Shown piece by piece: positions 12,310 through 25,663 of a stretch of DNA of 64,000 bases (positions are counted from its first letter, which is position 1; each line of letters begins with the position of its first letter). A program made the translations under genes and the position numbers. This DNA is from Octopus sinensis (Eukaryota): contig NC_042997.1 in the NCBI RefSeq assembly GCF_006345805.1, positions 207,018,001 through 207,082,000 on the forward strand, written 5' to 3'. A model generated the notes under the pieces. The model made no database searches, was not told where the DNA came from, and saw only the letters and a program-made list of their open reading frames with translations.

Positions 12310-13345
12310 TTGTGATGGCATCTTTTCTGATGTTTTCCCTCATCATTGAATGTTTGATGCCCCTAGGAATCTGCAGCTCACCGTTGGTTCTAACTCCTTT
12401 ATGACATTCTGCTGGTCGTGGTTAACGTTGGATGTTTCTGTCATTTTTCCTTTGATAAAAGTAGCTTTTGCACATCTATGGAGGCCAAATTGCATTCTGA
12501 TGTCATCACTGGAATCGTTTAACAATCGCTTGTAAGCCTTGTAGTCATTTTTTGAAAAGAGCTTTAAATCATCCATGTAAAAGAGATGATTTATATTTTT
12601 ATCAAACATTTTATAACTGTACTGTACATCATTGAGCAATTTCAAGAGAGTCAGGCCAGACGAAAGAGGAGTGGTGATAGAGAGTCACCTTGGAAAATGA
12701 CACATGAAATTCTGACATCTCCAACATTAAGAGATTTATTGTCACTGTTCAAAGTTAGTGTGGTTCTCCATGATCTCATACTTGCAGACAAAAAGTTTTG
12801 CAGAGTAGGTGCTATTTTATACATTTCCAGACTTTTCTTAATCCAGCTATGTGGTAGGCTATCAAAAGTGTTTTTATAGTCTATCCAGGCTATTGACAAG
12901 TTTTGTGTCGTTCGTGACAATCTTCTAAGATCATCTTATTGACAAGCATCTGATCTTTACACCCATAGGACTCACGTTTACATCCTTTTTGCTCATTAGG
13001 GAATATGCCACTTTCTATTAAAAAACTATAGGTATATTCCGTCAGGACAGATGTTATACATTGTTGTTAAGCAGGTTATAGGTCTATAACTTTTTGGTTC
13101 ATTTGCTTCTTCATTTTTTGGAAGTAGGAATGTTACACCATTAACTAGCCAAGAGGGAATCATATTAGGTTGTTGCAAAACATTGTTGTAAAGTTTTGTT
13201 AGCAGTTCATGGCTCTCTGCGAAAGCATTCAAACAGAAGTTAAGAATTTTATCCTTTCCTGGAGACTTCCATTTGCTTGAATTCCTGAGAGCAGATCTTA
13301 TATTTTCTACCTTGATGCCCTTCCACTTTTGCTCTTCTAAGGAAT
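12310..13345 (-). mobile_element. R4/Dong-like (RLE clade) non-LTR retrotransposon RT fragment
   Basis: YRPITCLTTMYN, AWIDYKNTFDSLPHSWI, IFQGDSLSPLLF and NHLFYMDDLKLF. Confidence 0.85.
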
Positions 13346-13357
13346 CTAAGTCAGTAG

Positions 13358-15680
13358 ATATTATTATTATTGTTATTATTATTGCCTTTGCACAGCTTCT
13401 AATGCGGGAGATGTACTACAGTGCCAGCTGTTCGCTACCAGTGAACTAAGGTAACACCTCTTATTTTTTGAATACCTTCCGCAGTATTCGAGCATTTCCA
13501 AGCAGTGCTGTTTTCTGCAAGTGCTCAACACTTATTGCAGCCCCTATTTGTTTCATGCACTTCTCGAAATTTTTACTCACTGTTCTCAGGGCTCCAACAA
13601 TTATTGGTATTGCTACCACCTTTTTCATCGACCACAACTGCTTAACCTCCCAAGCTAACCTGTCATATCTATCGACTTTCCTTTCTTCCTTATTGCATAT
13701 CTTATTGTAAGCTGGGCATGCTATATCTATGATTCAGCATTGTTTGCTTCCTGTCTCAATTAACACTATGACTGGGTTTCTATTCTCTAATCTCATAGTT
13801 GCACTGAATCATAAAATCCCACAGGATCTTTGCATTATCATTTTTGATGATGCTTTCGGGTTTGTGATCATACGGATTTTTCGCTCTGTCAAGTCCATAC
13901 TTGTTGCAAAGTGTCCAATGGACAAACCTGGCTATATTGTCATGGTGTCTCTTATATTCCTTCTGGGCTAGTGGCATACATTGGCTGATAATATGCCATA
14001 CAGTTTCATCATTTTGTTTACAGATTCTGCACTTATCACTTTCTGCTGTGTTGTCTATTCTGTATTTTATGTAGTTTGTTCTTGGGCAGCACAGACTAGA
14101 GCCTCTGTTTCCGGTTTTAAATCACTTTTAGTCATCCACACCCATCTTTTTTCTCTGTCTGTCTTATCTTCAACATCCCTATGAAATTGTCCATGCATTC
14201 TTTTCTTTACCCACCTATTTTCAATTGCTTGTACAGTGCTTTATCTTTGCAATCTTTCATTCTACACAAGCCTGACCTTCTTATTTCTTATAATAGCGGT
14301 TCTGTGGCATTTTTTTACATACCATGCTATGTTGTTTTCTTCTGCTCTAATGCTGTGTTCACATCCAATAAGTCCTCTTCCCCCTCTTTTTCTTGGTACA
14401 TACAGTCTGTCTGTGTCACTTTTTGGGTGGAGTGTCTCATATCTAGTTAGCAACTTCCTTGTCTTTCTATCTCAGCTGTTTAGTTCGTCTACTGTCCATG
14501 CGATTATCCCTGCTCCATATCTAAGGAGTGAAACCACCCAGGTCTTGATAGCTTCGATCTTATTCCGTCCACTTAATTTCAACTTAAAGAGCAGTCTCAG
14601 TCTGTGCAAGTACTCCACCTTAGATGTTTCTGTCATTTCTTTCTCCATCAGTTTATCCATTTCCAAAATCCCCAAGTACTTTATAGCCTGTCTCTTCTAT
14701 CTGCTTCACAAACTCCCCCAACGGTATCGTTAGTCCGTCCATACATTTGATTTTGCCTCTCTTCAAGACTAACACACCACACTTTCTCAGTCCGAACTCC
14801 ATTCTGATATCAGCACTGAATGTATACACCATATGAAAAGAGGGAACTGACTTGGGATTCATCTTTACCAAAAAGTTTGAGGTCATCTATGAATAACAAA
14901 TGGTTGACTTTTTGCTGGCAGCTTTTGAATACACACCCAGCCTTTGCTTTCCTCAGAATCAGTGTTAATGGTATTAAGCACAGTACAAAGATCAGTGGGG
15001 ACAGACAGTCCCCTTGGAAGATGCCCCTCCTAATTTCTCCTGTCCCTAAACTTCTTCCGTATGCTGTCAGGTCCATCCTCCAATTCACCATACTTTTACC
15101 AAGCAATCGCTCAACACTTGATGCATTACCAAATAGGCTCATACACTCCATAATCCAAGAACGTGGAATCATAACATATGCCTTACGATAGTCGATCCAT
15201 GACATAGCTAAGTTACTTGTCCTCCTCTTGCAGTCTCTGAGTACATTTTTATCTATCAGGAGTTGATCCTTGATACTTCTGCACTTATACTTGCAACCCT
15301 TCTGCTCATGTGGGAGGACTCCATTTTTTTCCTGACGTTCTTACATTGACTCTGCGAGTATTCCAGTCAAGAACTTCCGCATAAGTGGCAAGCAGGATAT
15401 CAGCCTGTAATTGTCTACTGTAGTGACTTTTTCAATGTTTTTTAAGCATAGCACTGTCCTACCCAATGTCAACCACTCTGATGTTCCTTGGTCGACATTT
15501 AACAAGGTGTTGAGTTGTGCAGCTATTCGTGCGTGACATTCACCAAATCTTTTAATCCAGTGGCCTTGAACTCCATCTGGTCCCGGGGCCTTCCAGTTGC
15601 ACCTTTTTGGGGCTGATTTCCTTCTCTTCCCTAACTGAAATGGCTAGTTCTGCCTGTTTTGGACAGACTACTGCAAAAAG
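13358..15680 (-). mobile_element. R4/Dong-like LINE, 3' half with (TAA)n tail
   Basis: RT motifs [21 protein letters not shown] and [11 protein letters not shown], then C-terminal KEYKRHHDNIARFVHWTLC..KILWDF. The tail reads ttattattat on + at ~13360-13384. Confidence 0.88.
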
Positions 15681-16190
15681 AGAAATGAAGTTCAGTGAGA
15701 GAAATATGTTGAGCTAAAGAGGAAGTATAGGGTGAAGAGAAAAGGAATCTATGTTGTGATTGAGGAATTAAAACAGGGGTTGAAAGCTAAAGCACGTAAG
15801 TTAAAAAAGATATGAACAGAGAATTGAGCAATACAGATTGAACAGACTTTTCTTTGAGCAAAATCAGAAACTGGATGGGAAAAAGAAAAAGGTGAAAAAG
15901 CCATGCCGGATGCTGAGGAAATCAGAAGATTCTGGTTAAACATATGGTCTCTGGAGAAACAACATGAAACTGAAGCAGTGTGGCTAAAGACACTGAAAGA
16001 GGAGAGTGGAGAGTATAAGCAGGAGGATTTTAGAATATCTGAGGAGATGATTAGAGATCAGTACAGGAAAATTGCTGACTGAAAAGTGCCTGGCCCAGAG
16101 GGGGTTCAGGGCTTTGGGCTTAAAAACTTGACAGCTCTGCACAGGTGAATTGTGAGACAGCTGGACAAAATACTGAGAAGTGACAACAAG
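15660..16190 (+). mobile_element. R4/Dong-like LINE fragment, head-to-head with the previous copy
   Basis: VIEELKQGLKAKARK..RRFWLNIWS..KVPGPEGVQGF is the pre-RT region. It matches the WKAPGPDGVQG segment read on the minus strand at ~15570-15600. Confidence 0.7.
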
Positions 16191-16369
16191 AATCACCACA
16201 ACAATAACGATTACAGCAACAACAACCACTTCACTGACCATTCTGCAGTACATGTGCATGCACACATGTGCATGCACACGTGTGCACACATGTGCACACG
16301 CAACATATGCATTTGTAATCACCCACATGTTTTCACCTACCACTAAAATCAAAGGAAATTAAATTTATT

Positions 16370-17230
16370 GCCGCTTTAGCGACCTCAGATCTTTTGAAGG
16401 TGTTGAAAGCAACCTGTTGTCACTAAAGTGTCTAAAATTCGATAAAATTGTCCACAAAAGGTATGTGAGGAAGTTTTTTTGTTAAAAGTATTGTTTTCAA
16501 CTGTCTACAAACACTTTCAGGCTGAAATAATGCATTCTTCCAAGATTAACTGAAACAAATTCTCAAACTGAAGGGGCTGAAATTCTAGCATTGGGTGCAA
16601 AACATCCCATAGTCCTCACCCCCATCCCACCCATGGCTACATGCCTGTAACCCACAAACATATTTCTCCTCATGCATTTTGAGTATTGAAAGTGTAGCAG
16701 ATTCAGAATATTTACTGAGAATATGCACTTTCTCAAGTCTTTTTCAAAATTGCAGCCATTTGATGTAAAATGTTCAGCAAGTTCCGTCCAATTACCGTTA
16801 TTGTGCCTGACGTCATATCTGTGCCCATTATATCTTTTGTTTAATTGTTCTTTTGTGCAACCAACATAAACCAAGTTGTGTTTCGTGCATTCTGCTGCAT
16901 ACACGGAATGGGAATCTCTACATGTCCCACCGTCTGTATAAATCATAACATTTCTGATATGATATCTGATGGAATTCACTTGATTCATGTTGTTGTACAA
17001 TGAACAGGGCTTACCTCTTTTGCGGCTGTTTTTCAGGGTACAGCATGCAGGTACCCCAATGTTAGTTTCCTTGGAGTCAGAAGTAGAGGTTAATAATTCT
17101 CTTATATTTTTATTCTGTCTAACAGCTACAATGGGCGACTGAGGAAATATTTGTTTTGAAACAAGGATATTTTACTGCAAAAAGCTGGTAACTTTCATTC
17201 AACACTTTTGAAATGCCAGTGAAATTTTGG
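16370..17230 (-). mobile_element. Penelope-like element 3' fragment (GIY-YIG endonuclease)
   Basis: ORF 16563-17000 reads VYAAECTKHNLVYVGCTKEQLNKRYNGHRYDV..ELAEHF, a GIY-YIG domain of PLE type. Confidence 0.8.
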
Positions 17231-17359
17231 TCCTAGACATTCACTAAAGGGTTTCTGTCACACATTGTATTGTGTTTGCTAAAGTTATGTGTGAATTTGG
17301 TTTTACTTTCTTTGCTAATCTTATCTATGGCATTTGCTATTTCCTTTAATCATGATTCA

Positions 17360-19005
17360 CTGTAACTGCATTTGATGACCTAAAACTATACGCTACAAAA
17401 TGACAAACAGCTGGAAACACTACAAAAGACAGTTCATGGATTTACCAAAGAAATAGATATGAAATTTTGATTAGAAAAATGCACTAAAGAAACCCTGGAA
17501 AGAGGAAAACTAGGTAAGAGTAGCAACATCACACTAGATAAAGCAAATGAAATAAGAGAATTAGACCAAAGCCAAACTTACAAATATTTAGGAGTCCATG
17601 AACTAGATAAGACACAACACACACAAATGAATGAGAAAATAAAAAAAGAATATCATAGAGGAGCTAGATCAATACTGAAAACAGAGCTCAATGCTAAAAG
17701 CAAGATAATAGGTATTAACACTTTAGCCGTCCCAGTTATAAGTTACAGCTACAATATCCTTAACTGGACACTAAATGAACTGACCAAAGTAGATAGGAAA
17801 ACAAGAAAAATAATGACAGGGTCTAGGATGCATCACCCAAAATCTGACATAGAAAGGCTATATATACAACGTATAGAAAGTGGTAGAGGCCTTATACAGC
17901 TGGAAAACTACTAAAAAATAACCACCATAGGACTGCAAAAATACCTACTTCAGAAGCAAGGAAAACTGATACAAATAGCGGAAAAAACACGAGCAAAACA
18001 AAAAACTGTTCTCAGTATTTAAGGAAGCTGACAAATACAAACAAGAAATCATACCATCTAACAAATATAAAGAAGAAAAAGAAGAAGAAGAAGAAGAAGA
18101 AGAAGAAGAAGAAGAAGAAGAAGAAGAAGAAGGAGAAGAAGAAGAAGAAGGAGAAGAAGAAGAAGAAGGAGGAGGAGGAGGAGGAGGAGGCTATAAAGCA
18201 AATGAAATCCAAACTAAAACTAGAACAGCAACGAGCCATGATAAAACGATGGCAAGAAAAGCTCATTCGTGGCAAATACTGGACTAAACTAAATGCAAAA
18301 GAAATAGACAAAGAAAAATCCCAGCAATGGTTGAGAAGCTCAGGACTCAAAGCAGAGAATGAGGGATTTTTAATTGCAGCACAAGACCAAAGCCTCCCCA
18401 CCAGAAATTACCAAAAACATATAATGAAAAGAAACATAACAAGTAACTGCAGAATATGTGGAGATGGACAAGAAACAATAAATCATATTATCTCTGGCTG
18501 CCCAGTCCTGGCTGAGAAGGAATATATTCACAGACACAACAGAGTTGGGACCTACATACACTGGAAGCTATGCCAGCTCTATGGAATAACAACAGAAAAA
18601 AGATGGTATAGGCACACACCAGAAAAGGTCACAGAAAACGAGAAAGCAACCATACTCTGGGATATGCCAATACACACAGATAAAGAAATTAAAGCCAATA
18701 AGCTGAATTTAGTTGTCAGAGATCATGAAGAAAAAAAAATGCTTTCTAATTGCTGTATCAGTACCAGCGGATGACAATGTTTCTCTAACAGAAAGGGAGA
18801 AACTTTCAAAATACAAAGCCCTGGAATATGGAGTCTAAAAACAGAAACAATTCCTATCATAGTAGGTGCATTAGCTATGATAAAAAAAAAATTCAGACAA
18901 GTACATAACAAAAACACCAGGGCTTACAAGTATATATAACGTAGAGGAAATAGCACAACTAGGCACTGCACACATCCTATGCAGAACACTTTCAATACAG
19001 TAATC
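17360..19005 (+). mobile_element. R4/Dong-like LINE 3' half
   Basis: DDLKLYA, MHHPKSDIERLYI..GRGLIQLE, AAQDQSLPTRNY, CRICGDGQETINHIISGCPVLA (CCHC knuckle), ILWDMPIHTD and IPIIVGALA. Confidence 0.9.
18078..18190. repeat. (GAA)n/(GAG)n microsatellite inside the R4-like ORF
   Basis: Direct reading of a run of gaagaa... grading into gaggag. Confidence 0.95.
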
Positions 19006-19067
19006 CTGTCTTTGTCAAGTTCAAAATAAGAAGTGATAAAAATTCAGAATTATAGAAATTTAAGTTT

Positions 19068-21428
19068 AAAGTATGAACGAGAACAACCAGCATCCACACA
19101 TTGATGGAATGACATCATCAGTCTTTAAGCATTTGTACTGACATAGGGGATTACTGGAAACATGCAAATGCTTTTGTGCATCGTTATGTCAACTGCGGTT
19201 ATAGTGAATCACGATTAAAGGAAATAGCAAATGAAATAGCTAAGCTTAGGAAAGATAGTCAAACCTTCATGCCTAATTTTAACAAACACATTACAATTGA
19301 ATTCCTTTAGTGATTAACCGGTACTGAAATTTTGCTGGCCTCTCAAAAGTGATGCATAGAAGTCACCAGTGTGTGGTGAACAAATGTCTTCGTTTGAAAC
19401 AGATAACATCCTCAGCCTCCTATTGTAACCTTTAGACGGAATAAGAATATAAGAGAATTATTGACCGCTACTTCTGACTCCAAGAAAATGTACATTGGAA
19501 TATGTGCATGCTGTACCTTGAAAAACAGCCACAAGAGAGGTAATCCCTGTTCATTGTGCAACAATATGGGTCAAGTGAATTCTGTCAGGAATCATATCAG
19601 AAATGTTATGATTTTTACAGACGGTGGGACATGTGGAGATTCCCATTTGGCGTACGTGGCAGAATGCACGAAACACAACTTGATTTATGTTGGTTGTACA
19701 ACAGAATAATTAAACGAAAGACTTAATGGGCACAGATATGACATCGGGCACAATAAGAGTAGTTGGACAGAACTTGCCAAACATTTAGCTTTTGAAAAAT
19801 ATTCTGAATCTGCTTCACTTTCACTTCTCAGTATAAAAGAGATGAAAGAGGCTGAAGTGATAAAGGAGGAAGAAGAAAGGCAAAATGTACATTTGGTGCA
19901 ATGCAGTCAACAGGGACAGTGCCTGAGATGGGAGGAATATGTGATCAGTCGCAGAATCTCATTGCAGGAACTTTGGGCTTGGTCGAACAAGCAAGAACAT
20001 CCTTCCTGATCAAGTCTACCTTCGACGTTCTACCCTCACCGGCAAACGTAGTCCAGTGGAACGTAAAAACAACCGATGAGTGTAGATGTGGAGGGAAAGT
20101 GATGTTTAGACATGTTCTGTCAAACTGCAGACTAGCACTAGAAAAGTATACATGGCGTCATAATCAAGTCCTCGGCGTCATAAGTGCAGCACTCAAGGAG
20201 AAGATCAAGGGATACAATAGGGGAGAGTACCCAAAAGTGGAAAAGTGCAGGAAAGTATACTTCCAGAATGAGGGAAAAGGATATAAAACCAGGCCTACAA
20301 GTAAAGTATACGAGATAGACGAGAAATGGAAGGGATACTGGGAGGTGGCCACGGGTTTAGGAAGACTAGTAATATTTCCACTCATAAAAATGACAAAAAG
20401 ACCAGATTTAGTCCTATGGGACAGAGAATGAAGAATAGGAATTTTGCTAGAACTGACAGTGTCATGGGAAGAGAACATCGACAATGCAGAGAAACGAAAG
20501 GAGAAGAGGTACGAGAAGCTAATCGAAGAATGCAGAGAACAGGGATGGACTGTCAAGTATTACCACCTGGCAGTGGGGGCTAGGGGCTTCATTGAAAGGA
20601 AAATGACAATGCTTTTCAAAAGATTTGTTTTTTCTAGCCCCGAGCTGTGTAAACTAATAAGGAGAGTACAGGAGGTGGTTGAAAAAGCCAGCTTCTATAT
20701 ATGGCTGAAGCAGGAAAACCAAAAATGGCTTGAAAATCATAACATACCGGCAGGAAAATAACATCACTTGGTGAGACAGGCTGACACTGAATTAGCTTCG
20801 CTGATTGACAGGTGACGGTCTCGTTTAAAGAATGCATGGGCCAAGACTACGCACCCTTCATTGGTCAGTTAAAGTTAAGACAGTGTCACGTGACAACTTG
20901 CTGGAGCCTAGCAGCAGGTATTTAAAGGGAAATTTGACAAGACAGGCAGTCGCCTGCTGATACTCGTTGACACTACATCGAAGAGGGTAGGGAGCAGAAG
21001 GAAAGAAGGAGAAAGAAGACATGCACTCAGCACCAGAGCTGAAGACATCTCCAAAAGGGGGAGGGCACCACGTCAAAACAGTAGAGGAGTAGGGGCGGAA
21101 ACTGGATGTGGTTCTTCCTGATGATGTCTTGAGCTAACTGGATGATTCTGTAAAGGAGTTGTTGTGGTAGCAGACCATGAAACACGGTTGAAATTCCTGC
21201 ATGAGGAGAAATATGTTTGTGGGTTATTAACATCATGCCCTGCAGGAATGAATAAGATGACAGGAGAATATCATCAAATTTATACAAAACTGTTTGATTA
21301 AATATTCTTCTTTTTCCTTTCCTTTTTTTTCTTACCTCTTTCTTTTTGCCTGTTATAAAATTGAAACTTAAAGATCGATGATGTCATTCCATCAACGTGT
21401 GGATGCTGGTTGCTCTCGTTCATACTTC
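19068..21428 (+). mobile_element. Penelope-like element (thumb plus GIY-YIG) bounded by ~60-bp inverted repeats and split by a nested LINE
   Basis: HRYVNCGYSESRLKEI (thumb-like) and AECTKHNLIYVGCTTE..NGHRYD are followed by a break at ~19830. The element resumes at ~21190 with KFLHEEKYVCGLLTSCPAGMNK. 19068-19128 is inverted at 21367-21428. Confidence 0.75.
19831..21189 (+). mobile_element. HERO/NeSL-like RLE non-LTR retrotransposon 3' fragment
   Basis: SFLIKSTFDVLPSPANVVQW..CRCGG..RHVLSNC..RHNQVL (knuckle), KRPDLVLWD, LELTVSWEEN..RKEKRY..L and VGARGF (PD-(D/E)xK RLE), followed by a 3' UTR. Confidence 0.75.
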
Positions 21429-21531
21429 AAATTTAATATTTCAAACTCAACAAGTATAGACTTACTGTCGACATATCATTCAACCAATAAAACATCCATT
21501 ACTATCGCATCGTGCTCTTCGTCTTGTCTTA

Positions 21532-21534
<3 letters not shown>

Positions 21535-21570
<36 letters not shown>

Positions 21571-21571
21571 G

Positions 21572-21602
<31 letters not shown>
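21535..21602. repeat. (AAT)n microsatellite
   Basis: Direct reading. Confidence 0.95.
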
Positions 21603-23187
21603 ATAACAATATTGCAATTTCTTGGCACACCCTCTGTATGGTGGATGTATCAGAGTTCACCGCTTGTCCCTGACCCCAATATAATCATCCAGTCCCCTCT
21701 ATTTCATCAGTGTCAGCAGTACTCGGGTCACCTTATGAACCCCGTACTTTTTTCCTTAAACATATTTTTTTTGTTTTTCTCCTCATTGACTCTCAGCATT
21801 GTTCATTTGTGTCTCCACCACCAGTGCAGCCATGGTAGTAGGCCAGAAATTGGTCAATATCCATGAAAGACAGGCCATCAGGGACAAACCCAGCAACGTC
21901 ACAGTGGATACTTTGTGAGATGAATGTTTTTCTTTGTATTTGATCACCCTGCAGGACAAAAACCGGGCAAAAGGTGGAGGGTCTCAGTTTGAATCAATGA
22001 CCATCCAGACAGTATTTCGTTATTATTATTATTATTATTATTATTATTGCTGCTGAAGACAGCCTTGTTATTGTCATATCGTTGTACACTGTGCTACTGA
22101 TCCATGATAGTAGCAGTAATGATAATGTGTACCTGCCGAGACCAGAGAAGATAGAGAGGACCCCTTTATTGGGTTAGGTCTACGACAATGGGAAGTAGGT
22201 CTCTTTTGCCTTAGAGATGGTTGCTTTTGGTTGAAACACCACAGTCCTCTTTATGAGTGAAATGCCAAACAAAAATTATCATCACAGCACTGAATCCCCA
22301 AGTAAAAGCCTTTTTGCAACCTACTGTACATCCAGGTGGACCTTGTCGTTTATTCGAATACCTCTGCAAAGTTGAGAAGATGATCTCAGAATGACAAAAG
22401 GGCCATAATGGAATGTTATGGAAGAAGTGAGTCTACCAAACTAGGATACAGGAAATGGAGGCATGAAATATGGATAGAGAAACACATGATCCCTCTCTCC
22501 GAATATTGTTCTGTGAAATCCTTTGTAAATTAAAGTCTCCGTCTAACTTATGCTAGCATGAAAAAGTGGGGGGATGGGTGGAAGCTGCAGTCTGGGATCA
22601 AGAAAAAAAAGACCAGGATTAGAGTCATGGCATCTGAAATGTCATCTGGCATTCACTGGCAATCAAGTATTGTGGTCATGGAAGTTCTATGTTAGCAATA
22701 TAAAGAAATCTATTGGCAGGAAAGAGCGATGACATTCTCAGGAAAACATTAGGCGTTGACCAGTATGAAGCATCTGGTCTGCTTTGCCCCATCACTGACC
22801 TTTAAGAAAGCAGAGCAGATGATGTTTCTCTCCTGAGAGAAAGGGGTTGTGTTGTGGACGAGGCCAAAAAAAATTAAGGAAAGACACCTTCCACTTCAGT
22901 TAAACCCACATCCCTTTTTTTTTTTTAAAGTTCCATTTGGAAAAGAAAGTGAGGGTGGAGAGGGAAGGTGGCTGACTGGTAAGAATGATTAGGGTGAATG
23001 AAGCTCCTTTAGGCATGCACCTGGTGAGTGGAGAACAACACCGGGGTGAGGACTCGTGCCCTTCATGGTCAGGGTGATCCTGGATCTGTGGGGTTCATTG
23101 ATTGGTGCTTTCTTTCCCTTCATCCTTTATGTGACTCCTCCCACCCACACACACAGATTGTAAAATGTCATCATCATCGTCATCATT

Positions 23188-23222
<35 letters not shown>

Positions 23223-23369
23223 AATTATTGCATTCTATATTAATCGGCAGGGATGTTGCCTTGATGTTTGATGACAACAGGTCACCTCAAATCCGAAGAA
23301 TCTTTCTCTATTTACATAACGGTCTGCTAGATATAAAACTTTTTATTGAGTTCTGCCTCCTCCAAGTAT

Positions 23370-23560
23370 TGCCTTTTGGTGATACCTCACACACACACAC
23401 AAATCCTGTGATGTCCACAGTTTCTCTCTTCCAAATATCAGTCGCAAGGCTCTGGTCATCTTGAGGCTGCGGTAGAAGATACTTGCTCAAGGTGCTGTTG
23501 GACAGTGGGATTGAACTAGAACCAATTAATTGTACAGGGAACCTCACAATCCTCTCGGCT
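23370..23560 (-). mobile_element. tRNA-derived SINE, decayed head and core
   Basis: The reverse strand reads tagttcaatccc (B-box-like) then caccttgagcaagtatcttcta, matching the better copy at 24320-24485. Confidence 0.65.
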
Positions 23561-23776
23561 ATAGAGCAAACAAAGGGGCCTCTAAGTGATGACTTGATCT
23601 GCTAGAAAAGGCAGTTAAATCTTCTTCATGTGACACCTAACATCTTAAACAAGGAAGGACACTTGGGGGTGTTTATGGTCGGAATGTCTTTGACCTGGTT
23701 CTACACCAACACAACCATGCCCTCCACTCATAAATAATGACATTTTCTCAATTTCTTCTGCTCTTTTGATTTTCAG

Positions 23777-24010
23777 ATGCAGAAAATGTCAAAAAGAAGG
23801 TTCATTATGTAAACAAACATATACTTCATGTGTACTGGTATAAAAATCTAGTTTGGCAAGAAGATGCAATGATTGTGTCAAATGGCCCCAAAGACATGTC
23901 TAAAGAAATGTTAATAGATTTTTTTGAAGAGAACTGGAAATTAGAAATTGTAGATGTCTTCCCTGGAAGAAATCCTGGAACTTTTCTTGTGTATTGCCAA
24001 AGTGAAATTG
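23777..24010 (+). CDS. PARP14-like gene, internal exon
   Basis: Acceptor tttcag|AT, donor G|gtaagt, 234 nt, phase 1-1. Splices in frame with the previous exon to give FESEK-D-AENVKKKVH, which completes an RRM-like module. Confidence 0.85.
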
Positions 24011-24069
24011 GTAAGTTTCTTCAAGTTTGATTTGTTCTGAAAAAGATTTCTTGGATTTTGTTTTGTTAA

Positions 24070-24289
24070 TAGGATTCTCTCTTTTACTCTCTTTTACTTG
24101 TTTCAGTCATTTGACTGCAGCCATGCTGGAGCACCACCTTTAATCGAGCAACTCCACCCCGGGACTTATTCTTTGTAAGCCCAGTATTTATTCTATCGGT
24201 CTCTTTTGCCGAACCACTAAGTAACTGGGCCGTAAACACACCAGCATCGGTTGTCAAGCAATGCTAGAGGGACAAACACAGACACACAA

Positions 24290-24324
<35 letters not shown>

Positions 24325-24485
24325 CGACGGGCTTCTTTCAGTTTCCGTCTACCAAATCCACTCACAAGGCTTTGGTCGGCCCGAGGCTATAGTAGAAGAC
24401 ACTTGCCCAAGGTGCCACGCACTGGGACTGAACCAGGAACCATATGGTTCGTAAGCAAGCTACTTACCACACAGCCACTCCTGCG
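24070..24485 (-). mobile_element. tRNA-derived SINE, near full length
   Basis: The reverse strand has A box TGGCTGTGTGG (24467-24477), B box GGTTCAGTCCC (24424-24434), a ccttgggcaagtgtc core, an internal (TA)/(TG) tract and a 3' end gactgaaacaagtaaaagagtaaaaga. Confidence 0.85.
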
Positions 24486-24519
24486 TCTATTCGTATATTT
24501 TTTATGTTTTAATTCTTTT

Positions 24520-24880
24520 AGTCTAATGACTCAGGCCATGCTGGGGCACCACCTTGAAGATCTTTTTTTGTCAAAAGAATCAACTCCAGTAGTTCTTTCT
24601 TTTTAAAGCCTGGTAACTTATTTTATCACTTCATTTTGCTGATCTGCTAAGTTACAGGAACATAAACACACTGATACTAGTCATCAAGCAGTGGCGGATA
24701 ACAGACACAAAGACACACACACATACTTTCAGTTTTGGTCTACCAAATCCATTCACAATACCTAGGTTGAACTGAGGCTACAGTAGAAGATTCTCACCCA
24801 AAGTGCCACACAGTGGGACTGAACCCAGAACCATGTGTTTGGGAAGCAGACTTCTTACCACACAGCCTTGTCTGCACCTG
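24520..24880 (-). mobile_element. tRNA-derived SINE, second tandem, more decayed copy
   Basis: Same head (gggttcagtcccactgtgtggcactttgg) and body motif gtgataaaataagttaccagg..tactggagttgatt. Confidence 0.75.
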
Positions 24881-25598
24881 TTTATATCTTTTATTTCTTC
24901 CCAGATTTTGCCTTTTGGTTTCTCACATTTATCAGGAAAGGAAGAAATTTGTCAGGAATGATGGTTATCAGGCAGGAAATCAGAAATATTAGAGATGATG
25001 TTTTATCAGTGAAACTGATTCCAGTATTTGACCATTCCTTCAGTTTCTAAACATTGGAAAGAGGGAAAGTAAATGGAATATTTTACCATCTTTGTTTGAT
25101 TGATGGGGGAACTTGTTACAAATGTAATTTCTATCTAAAGCAAAAAGAAAACTGAGTCTTTACCTTGTAAATGCATATTACAGAATAATAAAAGAAATAT
25201 ATAGTTTAATTCTAAACCAAAATCTATGTTGTGTGTTTTGGGAGGATCATTGTGCCAATGATAAACACATGCACAGGTCTGCCTGTCTTTTACTTTTAAT
25301 TATAGTTTCAATATAAAACAAATATGTTGAGTAATGATACTCTCATAATATTGAACACATCAAACAAAAATTTTCAAATCAATAAAATTGTACGAAGGAC
25401 TTTCCACGTAGGATTATATATTCGCTTTTTGTGATTTTTTCTTTTGTCTGTTGTTTCACCTCTCCATTTTATTTACCATTTCTCATTACAGACTCTGAAG
25501 CATTTCTTCTTTCTTCTAGCACTTTCATCTTTATAATTCAGAGCATTCCTTAACTCTTTAGCATTCAGATTAATCTGTCAAGCGTTCTACTTATTTAT

Positions 25599-25611
25599 TG
25601 TTATGGGGGAA

Positions 25612-25663
<52 letters not shown>

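Noticed and set aside
21640-23000. Possible LINE 5' region or extra host exon
   Set aside because: No recognisable motif or splice-bounded open frame compatible with the phase-1 exon chain was found.
24420-24485. tRNA gene
   Set aside because: A and B boxes are present, but there is no cloverleaf and the segment continues into a SINE body repeated elsewhere in the window.
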